Origin: Chrysemys picta bellii
Taxonomy: Eukaryota
Assembly (NCBI RefSeq): GCF_011386835.1
Contig: NC_088793.1
Span: 14,322,001 to 14,386,000 of the forward strand
DNA length: 64,000 nt
Direction: 5' to 3'
Part shown: one piece after another, positions 1 through 12,633 of the stretch
Layout: each line of letters starts with the position of its first letter
How positions within the stretch are numbered: the stretch's first letter is position 1
Notes under the pieces: generated by a model
Databases searched by the model: none
What the model was told of the DNA's origin: nothing
What the model saw: only the letters and a program-made list of their open reading frames with translations
Program-made: the position numbers and the translations under genes

Positions 1-672
1 TGAATCTGCAACCTTACCGGGTCCCTACCGGAGCAGGCAGGTGCGTGGGAGAAGCTTCACCCTGTGCAGGGCAGGCTGATGCCCCTGGCTCAGAGCTGCT
101 GGCTAGGGAGGGTCCCAGGCCCAGCTCTCCCTTATTCTCAGTGACTGTCCTACGCCAGAATCCTGGACCTGAGCAAGCCCAGAGTTTGGGAAGTTCGGAT
201 CTGGATTGGCCTGAGCCGTTCCTGGGAGTCCCACTGAGCTATTCTAGATCCATCCCTGACAGCAGGTGACAACAACGAAAGGGCAGACAGAAAGGATTGC
301 TACTTCTTTGAGGGGACAGTGTGGCCTATGTGAATAAAACGCTAGACTGGGACTCAGGAGACCTGGATTGGGTTCCTGCCTCTACCACCGGTCTGCTAAA
401 CCTTAGACAGGTCACTCCCCCTCTCCTGCTCCCTTAATTCGGGGATAATAAGGCTGACCCCCTGGGTGAAGCACTGTGCAGTCTACTATGAGCGCTCTGG
501 GTTATTTATCATTTTACTCATTGCTTTACACACACTCTCCAGAAAACAAGCCCCTACGTGTTTAAAAGGCTTTGGTTAAATTGAGGAGAGAGTATCTGTT
601 TGTGATTTGTAATGCCATAGTGCCTAGGAGGCCCAGTCATGGAGCAGAACCCCATTGTGCCAGGCGCTGGAT

Positions 673-789
673 CAGTGGTTCTCAACTTGCAGCCCAGTCA
701 GTACACAGCTGCGGCCTATGTGACATCCTCAGGACCATAGAGGTAGAATTGGATGCGGCCCACAGTGTTAAATAGGTTGAGAACCGCTA
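673..789. mobile_element. hAT-type MITE (CAGTGGTTCTCAAC TIR)
   Basis: TIRs CAGTGGTTCTCAAC / GTTGAGAACCGCTA; related to the 39325 copy; TSD degenerate. Confidence 0.7.
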
Positions 790-1119
790 GGCTGGGTGCA
801 CACATAACTTCATCTTTTTTACAAATTATCCTTTGCTAACATGCAAAGTTATGTTACACATTAACCAACACTTAGAAATAAGATTTCAAAAGTGTTAAGG
901 AAGGAAAAAACCTCTCTCTGTATAGAGTTGAGCCCAAACTGAAAACCTAATCCGAACCTCTTTTGCTTTAAGAGCAGAGAACTTATTTTTATTATTAATT
1001 TGTGTGGTGGTAGCATCTAGAGGCCACATCTATGGATCAGGGCCCCTGTGCTGTGCAAGCAAGATAACGAAAAAGACGGTCACCCAGAGAATTCGCAATC
1101 TAAATATAAGACTGTAGAC

Positions 1120-1451
1120 CAGGGATTGGCAACCTTTGGCACGCGGCCTGTCAGGGAAATCCACTGGCAGGATGGGACGGTTTGTTTACCTGCAGCGTCC
1201 GCAGGCTTGGTCGATCGCAGCTCCCACTGGCTGCAGTTCACCGTCCCCGGACAATGGGATCTGTGGGAAGCGGCGGCCAGCACATCTCTCGGCCCACGCC
1301 GCTTCCTGCAGCCCCCATTGGCCTGGAACTGCAAACCGCAGCCAGTGGGAGCTGTGATCGGCCAAACCTGCGGACACTGCAGGTAAACAAACCGCTCGGC
1401 CCGCAAGCGGATTTCCCTGGTGGGCCACGTGCCAAAGGTTGCCGATCCCTG
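1120..1451. mobile_element. hAT-type MITE (CAGGGATYGGCAACC TIR)
   Basis: Long TIRs CAGGGATTGGCAACCTTTGGCACG / CGTGCCAAAGGTTGCCGATCCCTG; paralogous to 2125 and 6257. Confidence 0.85.
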
Positions 1452-1796
1452 CACTAAATGGATGCAAAAGATACAGACTAAGGGAGCACAAGGTAACAGT
1501 GAGATCTTATGCTAAGTGTAACAAACAGAGGTCACAGCACAGGAGATAAATAGCCGTTGCTGAGCATTGTGTAGCTATTGTGGGAGAGGTGAGTTTGAAG
1601 GAGTTGAATGTAGTGCCTCTGTGGATCTTTATGGGGAGCTTTGCCCCAGGCCTAAGAAGTGACATGGGAGAAAGAGTGATGATGCTTGTGGGCAAATGTG
1701 ATTTGGGCCACAAAGGCTGGTACACTCTTAGAGCCCAGGTGGGAGAGGTACCCCGTCTGTCACCATCTATCATATTGTTTCTTTTCCCTTTTTCAG

Positions 1797-1980
1797 GGGT
1801 CTGCACCATCGTCCATTATCTTCTCTCTGGCCGGTATCTCTGGTGCTGGTTGACCATTGCCTTGCTTCTACCTGACTATATAGTTCAGCTCCTCAGCTTC
1901 TCTTGGTTCCGGGCAGATGGGCACAGAGGCTGCTGCTGTCTGGTGACAGTGCACGTGCTGCAGCTGGGGATTTGGAAGCG
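1797..1980 (+). CDS. XKR5: XKR5 coding exon (first located; phase 1 start, so an upstream exon is needed)
   Basis: Polypyrimidine tract + tttcAG acceptor, GTgag donor at 1981. Encodes (G)VCTIVHYLLSGRYLWCWLTIALLLPDYIVQLLSFSWFRADGHRGCCCLVTVHVLQLGIWKR, matching the XKR5 N-terminus (human ...[27 protein letters not shown]). Confidence 0.93.
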
Positions 1981-2124
1981 GTGAGAAAACAACTCAGAGC
2001 TTTTGAAGCATTAGGAGGCTTGAGATCTAAACTTCTGAGGACAAATATATGTACTTTGCATGGAAAGTGTGTGCGTGCCTGTGTGTGTTATGTTGCAAGG
2101 AGAACCATTGGAGTTGTGCTAGGT

Positions 2125-2318
2125 CAGGGGTCGGCAACACATCAGCACATCGCTCACCCGCGCCGCTTCTCGCCGCCCCCATTGGCCCGGGACGGCGAAC
2201 CGCGGCCAGTGGGGGCTGCGATCGGCCGAACCTGCCGCGTCAGCAGGTAAATAAAACTGGCCCGGCCCGCCAGGGTGCTTACCCTGGCGAGCCGCGTGCC
2301 GAACGTTGCCGACCCCTG
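2125..2318. mobile_element. hAT-type MITE, internally deleted derivative
   Basis: TIR CAGGGGTCGGCAAC / GTTGCCGACCCCTG; perfect 8-bp TSD TGCTAGGT. Confidence 0.9.
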
Positions 2319-2535
2319 TGCTAGGTGTCTCGTTCTGCAGTGTAGGATCAGGATTTTCCTATGGTACACTGAGACTTCAAACCACAGAACTGTGTGTAGA
2401 CACTGTCTTCTAGAAAGTTGCTAGCCTGGTTTCTAATTACAGTAGAACCCTGATTTTATGGGCATTGGTCTCACAAATGACTGATTGTCTGAACCATCTT
2501 TCTACCACTGTGTGTGACTCTGATCCTTCAACCAA

Positions 2536-3855
2536 CATAGAATTATAGAACTGTCAAGCTGAAAGAGACCTCAGGAAGCTATCAAGTCCAGACCCCTGCA
2601 CTGAGGCAGGACCAAGTAGACCTAGATTGTCTCTGACAGGTGTTTGTCCAACTTCTTCTTAAGAAACTTCTAGTGGCAGGGATTCCACAACCTCCCTTGG
2701 AAGTCTATTCCAGATCTTATCTACTAACTAATAGAAAGTTTTCCTAATATAAATAAAATTAATAGAGATATCCCATCTCCTAGAACTGGAAGGGACCTTG
2801 AAAGGTTATTGAGTCTAGCCCCCTGCCTTCACTAGCAGGACCAAGTACTGATTTTGACCCATATCCCTAAGCAGCCCCCTCAAGGATTGAGCTCACAACT
2901 CTGGGTTTAGTAGGCTAATGCTCAAACCACTGAGCTATCCCTCCTCCTAGCTAACTTAAATTTCCCTTACTGAAAATAGAACCCATTACTTTTTGTCCTA
3001 TCTAAGTGGACCTAGAAAACAGTTGATCACCATCCTCTTTATAACAGCCCTTTACATATTTGAAGATTATCATGTTCCCCCCGTCAGTCTTCTTTCCAAA
3101 AGACTAAACGTGTCCAGTTACCTTAACTTTTCCTCAGAGGTCAAGTTTTCTAATCCTTTGAGCTTTTTGTTGCTCTCCCCTGGACTCTCTCCAATTTGTC
3201 CACATCTTTCCTTAAGTGTGATTCCCAGAAGTGGACACAGTATTCCAGCTGTCTTACCAGTGCTGAGTAGAGAGGGACAGTTACCTCATCATGTTGACTC
3301 TCACTCAATTTGTGATCCACTTAAGTATTCCTCCTGTGTCTTGCATATAACCCTTCCGTTGATGCACTCCTTTTTTGCCACTTTATATCAGTGGATATTT
3401 GCATCTGCAGATATAAATTTTGTATCCCTGCAGGGCTCTACCCATTTTATAGTTGTGCTTTTGATTTTTCCTTCCTCAGTGAAGTACTTTGCACTTGTCT
3501 TTGTTGAATTTCATCTTGTTGAATTCAGACCAAGTTCTTTTTAAATTCTAATCCTGTCCTCCACAGTATTTGCAGCCCCTCCAAGCTTGGTGTCATCTGC
3601 ATATTTTATAAGCCCATTCTCCATTCCATTATCCAAGTCATTAATGAAAATATTGACTAGTACTGGACCCAGGACTGACACCTGCAGAACCTTACTAGAT
3701 CTGCCGTCCTGGTTTGACAGCAAACCGTGGATAACTACTCTTTGAGTACAATCTTTCAACCAGTTGTGCACCCATCTTATAATAATTTCATCTAGACCAC
3801 ATTTCCCAGGTTTGAAAAGACTAAGATATTTGGTGGCAAAGATGAGGTGCAATTC
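2536..3855 (-). mobile_element. CR1 LINE 3' fragment (decayed ORF2)
   Basis: Reverse of the CR1 tail (CATAGAATTATAGAA); ORF 3541-3852 gives RT motifs ...VLGPVLVNIFINDLD...IKYADDTKLGG. Confidence 0.92.
2762..2947 (-). mobile_element. Tortoise-type tRNA-derived PolIII SINE inserted in CR1
   Basis: Reverse complement of the SINE seen at 14536 (AGCTCAGTGGTTTGAGCATT head, CR1-like tail). Confidence 0.88.
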
Positions 3856-4761
3856 TCTCCCTCAAAGAAAAATCAAGAACACTGTATCCAGTTGTTACCA
3901 TTCGTTATATAAACTATCATTGAGCGATTAAAGAATTAACCTATGCACCACACCTCCTGGAATCTTGAGATGTTCAGTTTGATGAAGTCAATCCCCCATA
4001 AAATAGGGGATAATCAAATAGGGGTTCTACTGTATGGAGGAAGATGGGACCTGAGAGTAAGATGATGGGAAAGCTGACATGTTCTGGCAGGTTGGTGACA
4101 TGTAAAGACATCACACCCTTAATGCTGTTATTCAGCTTGAGTGGTCCAATATGATGATACTAGTTGAGAATGCTTCTCTTTTCCCAAGTAGTGGAAAAAA
4201 GTCCTAGGGACTGTCCATTATTCCTGTTGTTGAAAGGAAGGTTTATTTGTCTAGGTTTTTTTGCTTTGTTTTTGTTCTTATTTTAATTGAAGACCCTAAA
4301 AATCCTTCAGATCTTGTCCAGATTAAATTGGGAGGTGGGGAAGGGGAGTGGAAGATGCTCGATTAATGCTCACAAAGTTTGTTTGCCCTTTATATGTAAC
4401 TTGTGATTAATGCCAATAATGTGTGTGGGTTTTTTTTTATTCAATAATGTTTCCTCTGTTGGTTTGTGAAGCTTCTATAAAGTGTATAATAGTGCTATTG
4501 TAAACGGATATCTCAAAGGACACATTGCGCTTTTCTTAAAGCAATTAGTCACTCTCAGGAGTTTGAAACTGGAAGCTGTCTCCATAAGTGAACTTCTTAT
4601 CTCTGCCCTTGAGCGTATGCAGTTACATTTAATAATGTTAGCAGATGATTGGGGAGAAACTGTCACAGATTTCTTTTCAGGCCAGGATGGGCTTATCATC
4701 TAGTCTGACCTCCTGCATAACGCAGCCATGGAATCTCACCCAGCGATTCCAGCGTCTAGCC

Positions 4762-4978
4762 CAGAGGCTCTCAAACTTTTTTACTGGTGACCCCTTTCAC
4801 ATAGCAAGCCTCTGAGTGCGACCCCCCTTATAAATTAAAAACACTTTTTTATATATTTAATTCATTATAAATTCTGGAGGCAAAGCGGGATTTGGGGTGG
4901 AGGTTGACAGTTCGCGACCCCCCATGTAATAACCTCGCGACCCCCTAAGGGGTCCGACCCGCAGTTTGAGAGCCCCTG
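4762..4978. mobile_element. hAT-type MITE
   Basis: TIR CAGAGGCTCTCAAACT / AGTTTGAGAGCCCCTG; perfect TSD GTCTAGCC. Confidence 0.9.
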
Positions 4979-6256
4979 GTCTAGCCCAATAACTTGTGGT
5001 TGAACTAGAGCACTACCTGACAAATGAGATCTAGGAGGGTGTGAAATAAGGTGGTGAAAGCACCACCTGTTGGAGCTCTTTTACAGCTAGATTGGACAAA
5101 GTATTGGAGAATAAATTGCAGGGGATGGTGCTCCACACTACGAGAAGAATGAACTAAATGACCAAACCACATCTGTATTACAACTACTTAGTCTAGGGAA
5201 CTGGTTACAAAAGTATTCCATTTTGTAATGTAGGTGAGACCTAACCATGATCACAAACCATGCAAAAGCCTTTGAGATGCCATAATTTGGGGACACTGTT
5301 AACCATTCAAATAGAGCCACATGAAAACAACTTGGTGCACGCACAGCGCTCCACCATTGTAATTGCATTGATTTAACAGCTGACCTTTAGTTGAACCAGT
5401 AAAATTTCTGTGTGTAGACATGGCCTTGGTGCAACACGGTTGTAGAGCTGACTGGTCCTCGTGCTGAGGGATTAGGACTCTAGTTGCATGGCGGGGAGAC
5501 ACCCATTGTATAAACCTTTGCAAACAGCTGGGTGTTGGAGGAAGAAGGCTAAACGTTGGACTTATCAATTTTTGCACTGTCCTTTCATGATGGCACTGAA
5601 GGGGTTATTGGTTTCTCAACACTCATGTTCATTCTAGGGATGTAAATACTGTTGAAAAATTTAACCGTTTAAACGATTACAAATATTTCATTTAAATGGT
5701 TAACTGATTAAGCAGCTGGAGCCGATCCGGCAGGCATGGCTGCTCTGGCCAGATGGGCAACATGGGGTCGCTGTGGCCACCGGGACGGGGTTAACGGTTA
5801 ACGCCGGTTACCCAGTAAGACTACTGCTTACCAGTTAACCAGTGTCTCTGTTAGGAATGTCTATACAGGCCTGAAGTATAAAACTAAATAGCCTCTGGCT
5901 AAGGGCCGGTCTGCCAGATGGCTGTATTTACTGTGTGCATAGGGTTTATTGCAAAATCCCAGTATTTACCTTAAGTAAACACCTCTAAAAGATTACAAGT
6001 TGTGACATAAATTACATTGGTGGGTATCAGTAACAAGTCATTGATTAAAATTGTGTCAATGTTAACAGATTAGCTAAAGTTCATGTATTGAACCGGATCA
6101 AATAGTGGCTCTGGAGGTGGAGGAGCACCTGTAATGCACTGTAATGCACTCAGAGCGACTGGAAGGGAACTCTCAAGGGTGTGTGTATAATTAGTGTGTG
6201 TGTGTATTTAATAACTTTATCATCTACAATTCCTGCTCAGAATTATTTGTCTAGCA

Positions 6257-6589
6257 GAGGGATGGGCAGCCTTTGGCATGCGGCCCGTCAGGGAAATCCG
6301 CTGACGGGCTGGGACGGTTTGTTTACCTGCAGCGTCCGCAGGTTTGGCCGATCGCAGCTCCCACTGGCCACGGTTCGCTGTTCCCGGCCAATGGGGGCTG
6401 CAGTAAGCGGTGTGGGCCGAGGGATGTGCTGGCCGCCGCTTCCCGCAGCCCCCATTGGCCTGGAATGGCGAATTGCGGCCAGCGGGAGCTGCAATCGGCC
6501 GAACCTGCAGACGCTGCAGGTAAACAAACTATCCCAGCCCACCAGCGGATTTCCCCGACGGGCTGCGTGCCAAAGGTTGCCGATCCCGG
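6257..6589. mobile_element. hAT-type MITE (same family as 1120)
   Basis: Colinear with the 1120 copy; TSD GTCTAGCA/GTTTAGCA. Confidence 0.85.
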
Positions 6590-6777
6590 GTTTAGCACCA
6601 GCAACGTGCTAAGTGCTTTACAGGGAAGCATGAAACCAAGAGTCCTGATTTTCCACTACTTCAAGCCATTTGTAGTCATTGACGCTGGGTGTAAAATGCC
6701 CCTGGATCAGGATGTTATCACTTTACACAAGGGGAAATGACTGCACAGGGTCCAAAGGGCCTGATTCTCCTCTAGAT

Positions 6778-7139
6778 CAGGGGTTCTCAGCCTTTTTCTT
6801 TCGGAGGCCCTCCCAACATGCTATAAAAACTCCACGGCCCGGCCGTACCACAGCAACTGTTTTTCTGCATACAGAAGCCAGGGCCAGCGTTAGGAGGTAA
6901 CAAGCAGGGCAATTGCCTGGTGCCCCATGCCACAGGGGGTCCTGCGAAGCTAAGTTGCTCAGGCTTTGATTTCAGCCCTAGGTGGTGGGACTTGGAGCCC
7001 CGGGCTTCAGCCCCAGGTGGTGGAACTTTGGCTTTCTGCCTGGGCCCCAGCAGGTCTAATGTCAGCCCTGCTTGGCGGACCCCCTGAAACCTGCTCACAG
7101 CCCTGCAGTGGGCCCCGGACCCCTGGTTGAGAACCACTG
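6778..7139. mobile_element. hAT-type MITE
   Basis: TIR CAGGGGTTCTCA / TGAGAACCACTG; perfect TSD CTCTAGAT. Confidence 0.9.
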
Positions 7140-7278
7140 CTCTAGATCACACCTGTGTACATCAGAAGTAACTGCTGAAAGCAGTAGAGTAACGCTGTCA
7201 AGTTGATGGAAGTAGGATCAGAATCAGGCACAGGTCCTTTGCCTCGAAGAGCCCTGATTGTGGTTTGTACTCCTTCAG

Positions 7279-7460
7279 GCATTGGGACGCTCTGTGGACA
7301 GCTGCGAAGGCTGGAGGAAGCTCCATTGCTGGAGATCTCCTCATGCAGCTGGGGGACCTGTCAGTTCTGCGGCTCTTGGAAGCCCTGCTGCAGACCTTGC
7401 CCCACCTGTTGCTCCAGAGCTACGTTTTTGTGGCGGTGGAACCGACTGGCCTTGTCCCAG
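7279..7460 (+). CDS. XKR5: XKR5 coding exon
   Basis: ccttcAG / GTaag, 182 nt, phase consistent. Encodes HWDALW...GDLSVLRLLEALLQTLPHLLLQSYVF, an XK-family signature. Confidence 0.96.
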
Positions 7461-8660
7461 GTAAGTGGGGAGTCTTTAAATATAGAAGGAAGGTGATGTA
7501 TGTGTGAGATGTATGTCCTCTAATGTATGTGTCTTCTAATGTTCCCAGGGTAGATGGGCACAGGTAGCAGGAGTGGACTTTCAGGATGAAGGACCAGATT
7601 GCAGACTAACTGGAGAAAAACATATTCAGAACGGTGCTTTTACAAAATTAGCCTCTTAGCAGCAAAGGCTGGTGTCTCTCCGCTCTCTCAAGGGTTCCCC
7701 ATCTTTTCCCAACCGTTTTCTTGTGACCCCCACGCAGTGGCTGCGTTCCTTATGACAGAGAAGAGCCAGAGCATGCCCTCTTCGCTCCTTAATCTGCCTG
7801 CAGTGTGACTGCTCTTCAGCAGCGCAGCGGCCAGTTCATGCCGCAGCAGAGAAACGGGGAATTGAATTTGGGTTCCATGTGTGGCCAGGACGGAGGACTG
7901 TCGGGAGGCCCGTGTTTGTCTCACCTCTGGAGGAGTTAATCACTAGGTTTACTGGGGTGCGTGATGGCTTGAGGACTGATCTTGGGGTAGGCATAGAATC
8001 CTTGCCGTTTGAGATGGACTATCCAGTTTATCGCCCTGCAAAATTCAGAATTATCCTGCAATGGCACAGAGAGCCTCTCTCCTTATATAGAACTAGCATT
8101 CCACTTCCCTGGCAGGTTCGAATCCAGATCAGGTGCATGAGGATCGGCCACTGAAAAGATAAAATTAGTGTTCTCAGCCCATTGGAGAGAAGTCACTGTG
8201 GCTGATGCTAAGGGACAGTCTTACGAGAGAAGCCACAGACCGAATGAGCATGAAGAATTAATAACCATGGTGCTTAATACTCTCCATGTGTAGCTCTCCA
8301 AGCGCTTTATAAAGGTCAAGTGTCAGCTCTGATTTGCAAATAGGGAAACTGAGGCACAGAAACGTAAGTTGCCCATGGTCGCACTGTAATTCAGTACTAG
8401 AAACACCCTACTAGAGGAACTGCTGGTTCCTTCAGACTAGGGGTATGGGAGGATGGGATAAACTTGCGCTGCCACTGCCTGTGGTATTCCTACTGTGTGT
8501 GTGTGTGTGTGCGGGAATAGAAGACTCAGCTATCCAGGGCTATCAGTCCCACAAATGCTAGGAGTCCCTCTCTCACACACAAAGGTTTCCCCATAGGTGT
8601 GCAATGGAACATACTTGTGAGAGCGATTGCAATCGCAGGCAGTATCTTTGGAGGGGCCAT

Positions 8661-9540
8661 TGTATTACATTTATGAATGGTTTCTGTGTGAGTGTATTGT
8701 AGTCCATGGAGGAGGGGTACCCACAGCGCCTCCAGGAACTAAAACTAGGGTTGGAGGCGGGGAGGGGTTAAGGCGAATCACTGAGACTAAACAGTTCGGG
8801 CGGGTGGGGGGGGTTGCCTAGACTGGCTCAGGCTGGGTTTTTCAGAGACTAGGGAACAAAGAAAGGGTTTTTGGTATAAAAGAATGAAAGGGGCTTCTTT
8901 CTGACTAACCCTTGCAGAAGGGTTGGAAAGACTTTGGCCTATGAGAGCCCCATAAGATGGATGGGTGACTCCTGGTATGTTTCGTGTGGCTTTAAATCTG
9001 TATTATTTTTATTATGTTTTCTCTGTAATGCTTTTACCTTAAGAATAAACGTGCTTGTGTAACCCACACACTTCCTGGGTGTGGTGTTCTGTCCCATCTA
9101 GTGGCGCTGAGACCACTTAGAGAGAGAGAGAGATTATGGATCTGCTCTACAGCCTTAGCTAACAGCTAGTGGCTTTTAGCTCTTGCGCTAGAGGCTCATG
9201 CACTAAGCGCCAAAGGCCCCAGGTTTGATTCTGCCCGACGACGACCGGGGTCTGTCAGTGTTACACTTGCTCAGAAGGAGTTGCGTGGTAACTGAGGGCA
9301 ATACACTGTTCATCACTCTCAGAGAGAAAGCAACACCCAGGGCCTGGCTGTTGGGCAGACAGGCTTGCTGGGGTATCACAGTGTAAGGTAGGGAGCTGTG
9401 CAGCCTTAAAACCCCCAGCTCAGAAAGGAGTGGGCAGGGTCCCTGCCCAGAGACAGGTGATGGCTGGAGACCTGACCGGGCGTCCCTGGACTGGACCATG
9501 GGTGAGGAGATAGAGATGCAGTTACACTGAAGTTGTGACA
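8661..9540 (+). mobile_element. Solo LTR-like element (boundaries approximate), interrupted by a 208-bp element
   Basis: TATA-like GTATAAAAG at ~8874, AATAAA at ~9044, ends GTGACA; no TSD found. Confidence 0.5.
9058..9265 (+). mobile_element. Short LTR-like element with tRNA-like internal segment
   Basis: TGTAAC...GTTACA termini, 4-bp TSD CTTG; A/B-box-like TAGCTCTTGCGCTAG and GGTTTGATTCT at 9177-9232. Confidence 0.7.
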
Positions 9541-9737
9541 GTACTGATGAAGTAGAACAGACATAAGAACGGCCATACTGGGTCGGACCAAAGGTCCACC
9601 TAGCCCAGTATCCTGCCAGTAATAAGAAGGTGTGCTTGATGCACTGGTGTGTATTAGCATGAGAACAATTGTCAGTGGATTGATGGTCTTTTAATGGCTG
9701 TTGCAAAAGATACTTTTAATCCTAATAAAACTGATAA

Positions 9738-10187
<450 letters not shown>

Positions 10188-10237
10188 TGAACAGACACTA
10201 GGTGGCGTAATTCTCCAGTTTCTCTCACTGAGGAGGA

Positions 10238-10332
10238 TTCATAGAATCATAGAAGATCAGGGTTGGAAGGGACCTCAGCAGGTCATCTAGTCCAACCCCC
10301 TGCTCAAAGCAGGACCAACACCAACTAAATCA
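10238..10332 (-). mobile_element. CR1 3'-end fragment
   Basis: CATAGAATCATAGAA...GGTTGGAAGGGACCTC is the reverse of the CR1 tail. Confidence 0.8.
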
Positions 10333-10567
10333 TGTCTACACTGCAAAGAAAGACCCACAGCGCTCAGTCTCAGAATCTGGGTCAGTAAACTTGGGGCCCA
10401 GGTCTAAAAATAGTAGAGTAATCCCACTTGGTCTGGAGCCCGGACTCTGAGACCTTTCCTCCTCGCTGGGTTTCAGAGCCCGGGCTCCAGCCCAAGCTCT
10501 AATGTCGGCACTGCTCTTTTTAGCCCCGCAAGCCTGAATCCATTGACCTAGGCTCTGATGCTTGTGA

Positions 10568-10837
<270 letters not shown>

Positions 10838-11689
10838 TAGAGTCACAGTCACTAACAACAAAAACAATTAAGAACTAATCTAACCGTAAACGACCTGTGC
10901 AGTAAGGGCCGTGGCCGCTTCTGTGTGTCCTACAATGGAGCCCATAGAGTCTGGCCATAATAAACAGTAACGGGTTTCCAGCAGTGACCTTCACCTTATG
11001 CTTCCGGTGAGCCATTTCCCCATTTCCTGCTTCTAACAGCAGTGCTCCCTGGGGTGGCACTTACTTTCTGACCCTTATAATGATCAGTCTCTGCCCTGGG
11101 GCATGATATTTGACTACCGTTAGTTTAGCCTGCATAGCTACATTTTTATGTTGGCAACATCAGTTCCACTTGAAAAATCCTGCTATGCTAATCGGAGTGG
11201 ATACACTTTCCTAGAATCGAAGAGGTTATAAAGATTAAGTGAATTTAGCGCTCATGAAAGGTGCAGCGCGGCAGCCCTGGGAGGCTCCTTCTAAATACAA
11301 TAAAGGCTGCTACTATTATTGTTCGTGGGAAACACGTGCGCGTTGCCGGTTCCGTGGTGTCTGGCGGTGCTCTCAGATCTGTGCTGAACCTGTTCCATGT
11401 TGCTGGTGTGTGGAGATGCTTTGGCACAGAAAAGGTACTATAAAAACTTGCAATTTATTTTCACAAGCAAAGAGCCGTGTTTCATTTCTATTCAAAACCT
11501 ACGTGGGGGAGAAGGCCAGAATGGTAGCGGGAGCTCAGGGTATGAAAGCAAGGGAGAGCAAAATAAATAGGTAAAGCTTAGAACTTATTCATGTGTGTCA
11601 TTTAACTCCCTCCGCAGTAGGAGCCGTGTCTACAACCAGTTGGCGCACATGCAGCTCTGAGTGACAGCTATCTTGCCTTTGCCCTGCAG

Positions 11690-11801
11690 ATAATGCTGAT
11701 AGAGAACATCTTCCTTTTGATGTTGGCCACAGACCTCCTGCAGGGGGCGCGGCGGGAGAGCCTGTTTATGACAGGGGCTGTGATGGCTGGATTCGTGATT
11801 G
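11690..11801 (+). CDS. XKR5: XKR5 coding exon
   Basis: ccctgcAG / GTaag, 112 nt, phase 0 to 1. Encodes IMLIENIFLLMLATDLLQGARRESLFMTGAVMAGFVI (human VMLLENIILLLLATDFLQG). Confidence 0.95.
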
Positions 11802-11958
11802 GTAAGATCTATTGCTTTCTCACGCTCTGAATCAGAAGGTGCTCGGATACTATGCTGATGAGAGCACTGTGAGAAGCTGCCTAGAATAGTGTTGCCAGCT
11901 CTCACAATTTTCTCATGAGGGTCGGTATCTTTTCCAAAAGCTCTGGTTCCTGGAGTCA

Positions 11959-12633
11959 TATTGGGAGGATCCGAGGGTGCAGGTCTAGAACCCAGGGGTC
12001 TCTGGATCACTGACACTCCCTCGGGGCCAGCCAAGGGAGATAGGCAAAGCATCATCTCGCTGAACTTGGAAAGTCAGGCCCCACGGGAAGTTCTGTCGGA
12101 GCACTAAAGGCCTGCAGCCGCCTGATTGGCTCACATCTGCTACTTAAGCCAGGAAGTGACCGAGTGGGCTGTCCAACCTGTTGTGAAGACTTTCTGCTGC
12201 GGCCACATCAGACCCTGCTCTTGCCTGTCTCCTGTAACCCTGATCTAAGCCTGGTGCTGATTGCTGCTCCACTCCTGACCTTCTCCTCACTTCCAGCTCC
12301 TGCCTTGATCCTGTTTCGTGCCTGATTCTTGCCTCTCCCCGATTCCTGCCTTTTCATCTTGCTCCTGACCATCGGCTACCAACCCTGGCTTTGACCCCAC
12401 CCCCGACTTTTGACTGGCTCAACCCTTGGCTCTGGCATTTGATATTCAACCCTGACTCTGATCCTTAGCTTTGGTTCCTGGCCCCAACTTGGCTCAGCCT
12501 TCTGGCTCCGGTATGTGGGAGTAAATGCCAGCTCCGACCCTTCGCTTCCATTCCCTGCCTGGATGCCTGCACACTAGATCTAACCCCCTTGCTCTGACAG
12601 TAGGCCAGACCACCTGCGTCCTGGTTTCTAACA
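11959..12633 (+). mobile_element. LTR-like element with internal pyrimidine-rich degenerate tandem repeats
   Basis: T(A)TTGGG...CTAACA termini, CCAAT-like GATTGG box plus TACTTAAG TATA-like, CCTGACY repeats; interrupts an older hAT-like remnant. Confidence 0.5.

Larger units (their letters stand above)
2440..4032. mobile_element. Tigger/pogo-like non-autonomous element disrupted by CR1 + SINE
   Basis: TIR CAGTAGAACCC / GGGTTCTACTG flanked by TA on both sides. Confidence 0.65.
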
